A DNA stretch of 64,000 nucleotides from Malacoraja senta (Eukaryota). Shown here one piece after another: positions 62,502 through 64,000 of this stretch; the first letter of the stretch is position 1; every line of letters starts with the position of its first letter. Both the position numbers and the translations under genes were made by a program. Where the stretch lies: assembly GCA_038087875.1 (NCBI GenBank), contig CM075988.1, positions 26,786,001 through 26,850,000 on the forward strand, written 5' to 3'. The notes under the pieces are model-generated. The model did no database searches, had not been told where the DNA came from, and worked only from the letters and a program-made list of their open reading frames with translations.

Positions 62502-63105
62502 CCTTATATGGGAGTTGCGTGCCTAATTTGTAGGGTAATATGTTAATATTAAGATTTATCTGTTATGCAAAAGCAGTCCTCTGTTAGGATTTGCTATATG
62601 AGCAAAATTATTCTATGTAATGATTTGTAAGTTATGTTATTATAATATCATTTATTTAAAGTGTGCCTATTACAATTGTAACTTGCATCTGATTAAATCA
62701 CACAGTATTAGATCTTGTATTTCGTATGTTCCTAAACTATGGAGCTGTCACATAAATCGTTCTGCCTTTTCATCTCTCTCTTGTACGTTTTTGTTAACCT
62801 ACTCTAATATCTCCTAGTACTAGAAACAAAGAACTACAGATGCTAGTCAGTACACCAATGGACACAAAGTGCTGGAGTAACTGCAGGTCAGGCAGCATCC
62901 TCGGTGAACATGTCCTAATATCTCCTGTGTGAATTGGTTTCAAAGTTTGTTCTTGTTATAATTTTGGACACAACTTGAAAATGGAGGGAGAATGTTCTCC
63001 AAAGATGCTGCCTGACCTGCTGAATTACTCCAACATTTTGTGTCTTTTAGAGTACAAAATAATTGCTGTAATTCTCAGATTTTCTACTTTATTCTTTACA
63101 CTTAG

Positions 63106-63305
63106 CCGATCTGGTTGAAGGAATTAGGTCTGATGACTCTGCAATACAAGACGAGGCTTTTCAGAAAGCAGATGAGAAGTTGCTGAAATGTTCTGAAGAA
63201 TCTGAGACAGTAGAAGGATGCAAAGTAAAGGTGAATCGGACATTGATTAACAAGAACCCTTCCTCTCGTGCTCCACCCCAGTATGCTAATCTTCAAGGAG
63301 AATAT
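63106..63305 (+). CDS. TTC12: TTC12 second coding exon (DLVEGIRSDDSAIQDEAFQKADEKLL...CKVKVNRTLINK)
   Basis: ttag/gtgagt boundaries, phase matches exon 1; resembles human NLIQEMNSDDPVVQQKAV...ECRTTLNKTMIS. Confidence 0.82.
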
Positions 63306-63439
63306 GTGAGTCTTCAGCTAAATTGGTCATCAGTAAATGATTTATTGTGTTTTATTTAATATTATAGTTTTTGTTCTAATATATTTAAGTTTGACAATTG
63401 TAATCGTTTTAAAATGTCTGCACTGACATTTCACCCAGA

Positions 63440-64000
63440 AACAGGCCCTTTGACCCAACTTTTGTATGCCATCCAAGATGCCCCATTGACGTTAGTCCCA
63501 TTTGTCTGTAGTTGGCCCATATCTTTCTCTCTCCCCTTAAACCTACAACCTCTAGTTCTTGATTCCCCTACCAAGGGTAAAAGACTGAGCATTCCTCCTA
63601 TTAATTTCCCTAATATTTTATAAACCTCTATAAGATCACCCCTTAGCCTCCTGAGCTCCAGGAAATAAAGTCCTCACCTGCCTAATCTCTCCCTATAGTT
63701 TAGACCCTCGACCAGTTAACATCCTCATAAATCTTCTCTACGTTCTTTCCGGCTTAATGACATTGTTCCTATGGCAGGGTGAAGTGAACACAGTACCCCA
63801 AATGCGGACTCAACAACGTCTTGTACAACTCTAACGGAATGTCCCAACGTCTATACACAAAACCATAACTGCTGAAGGCCAATGTACCAAAAGCCTTTTT
63901 ACCACCCTATCTACCTGTGCACCTGTACTAGATCCCTGCTGTACAACATCCCCAGAGCCCCACCATTCATTGTGAAGGTTGTGCCCTGATTTGATGTACC
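63440..64000 (-). mobile_element. Degenerate CR1-type LINE fragment
   Basis: Similar to 42777-43385 (ATAAGATCACCCCT...). Confidence 0.65.

Overview
Eukaryotic, repeat-rich genomic DNA, most likely from a cartilaginous fish (inferred from HE1-like SINEs and HER1/CR1, Rex1 and Penelope-like repeats). I assembled by hand a near-complete + strand USP28 gene: 25 GT-AG coding exons from 8841 to the stop at 42003, totalling 3390 nt in one continuous frame. It includes the catalytic Cys and His boxes and the two alternative cassette exons 19a/19b. Exon 1 was not securely found. The first two coding exons of TTC12 follow on the + strand (60253-60322, 63106-63305). The standout observation is a 63-bp inverted copy of USP28 exon 11 in intron 12 (24930-24992). 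Two of its mismatches place C opposite exonic A residues in AGA (Arg) and CAG (Gln) codons, which looks like an ADAR editing-complementary sequence for R/G and Q/R recoding. Other highlights are Penelope-derived palindromic insertions carrying minimal hammerhead ribozyme cores, duplicated splice donors, an X-box/uORF overlap at TTC12, and a USP25-like HKPFTQS motif in USP28. Homology calls are from recalled human sequences; no database searches were run.
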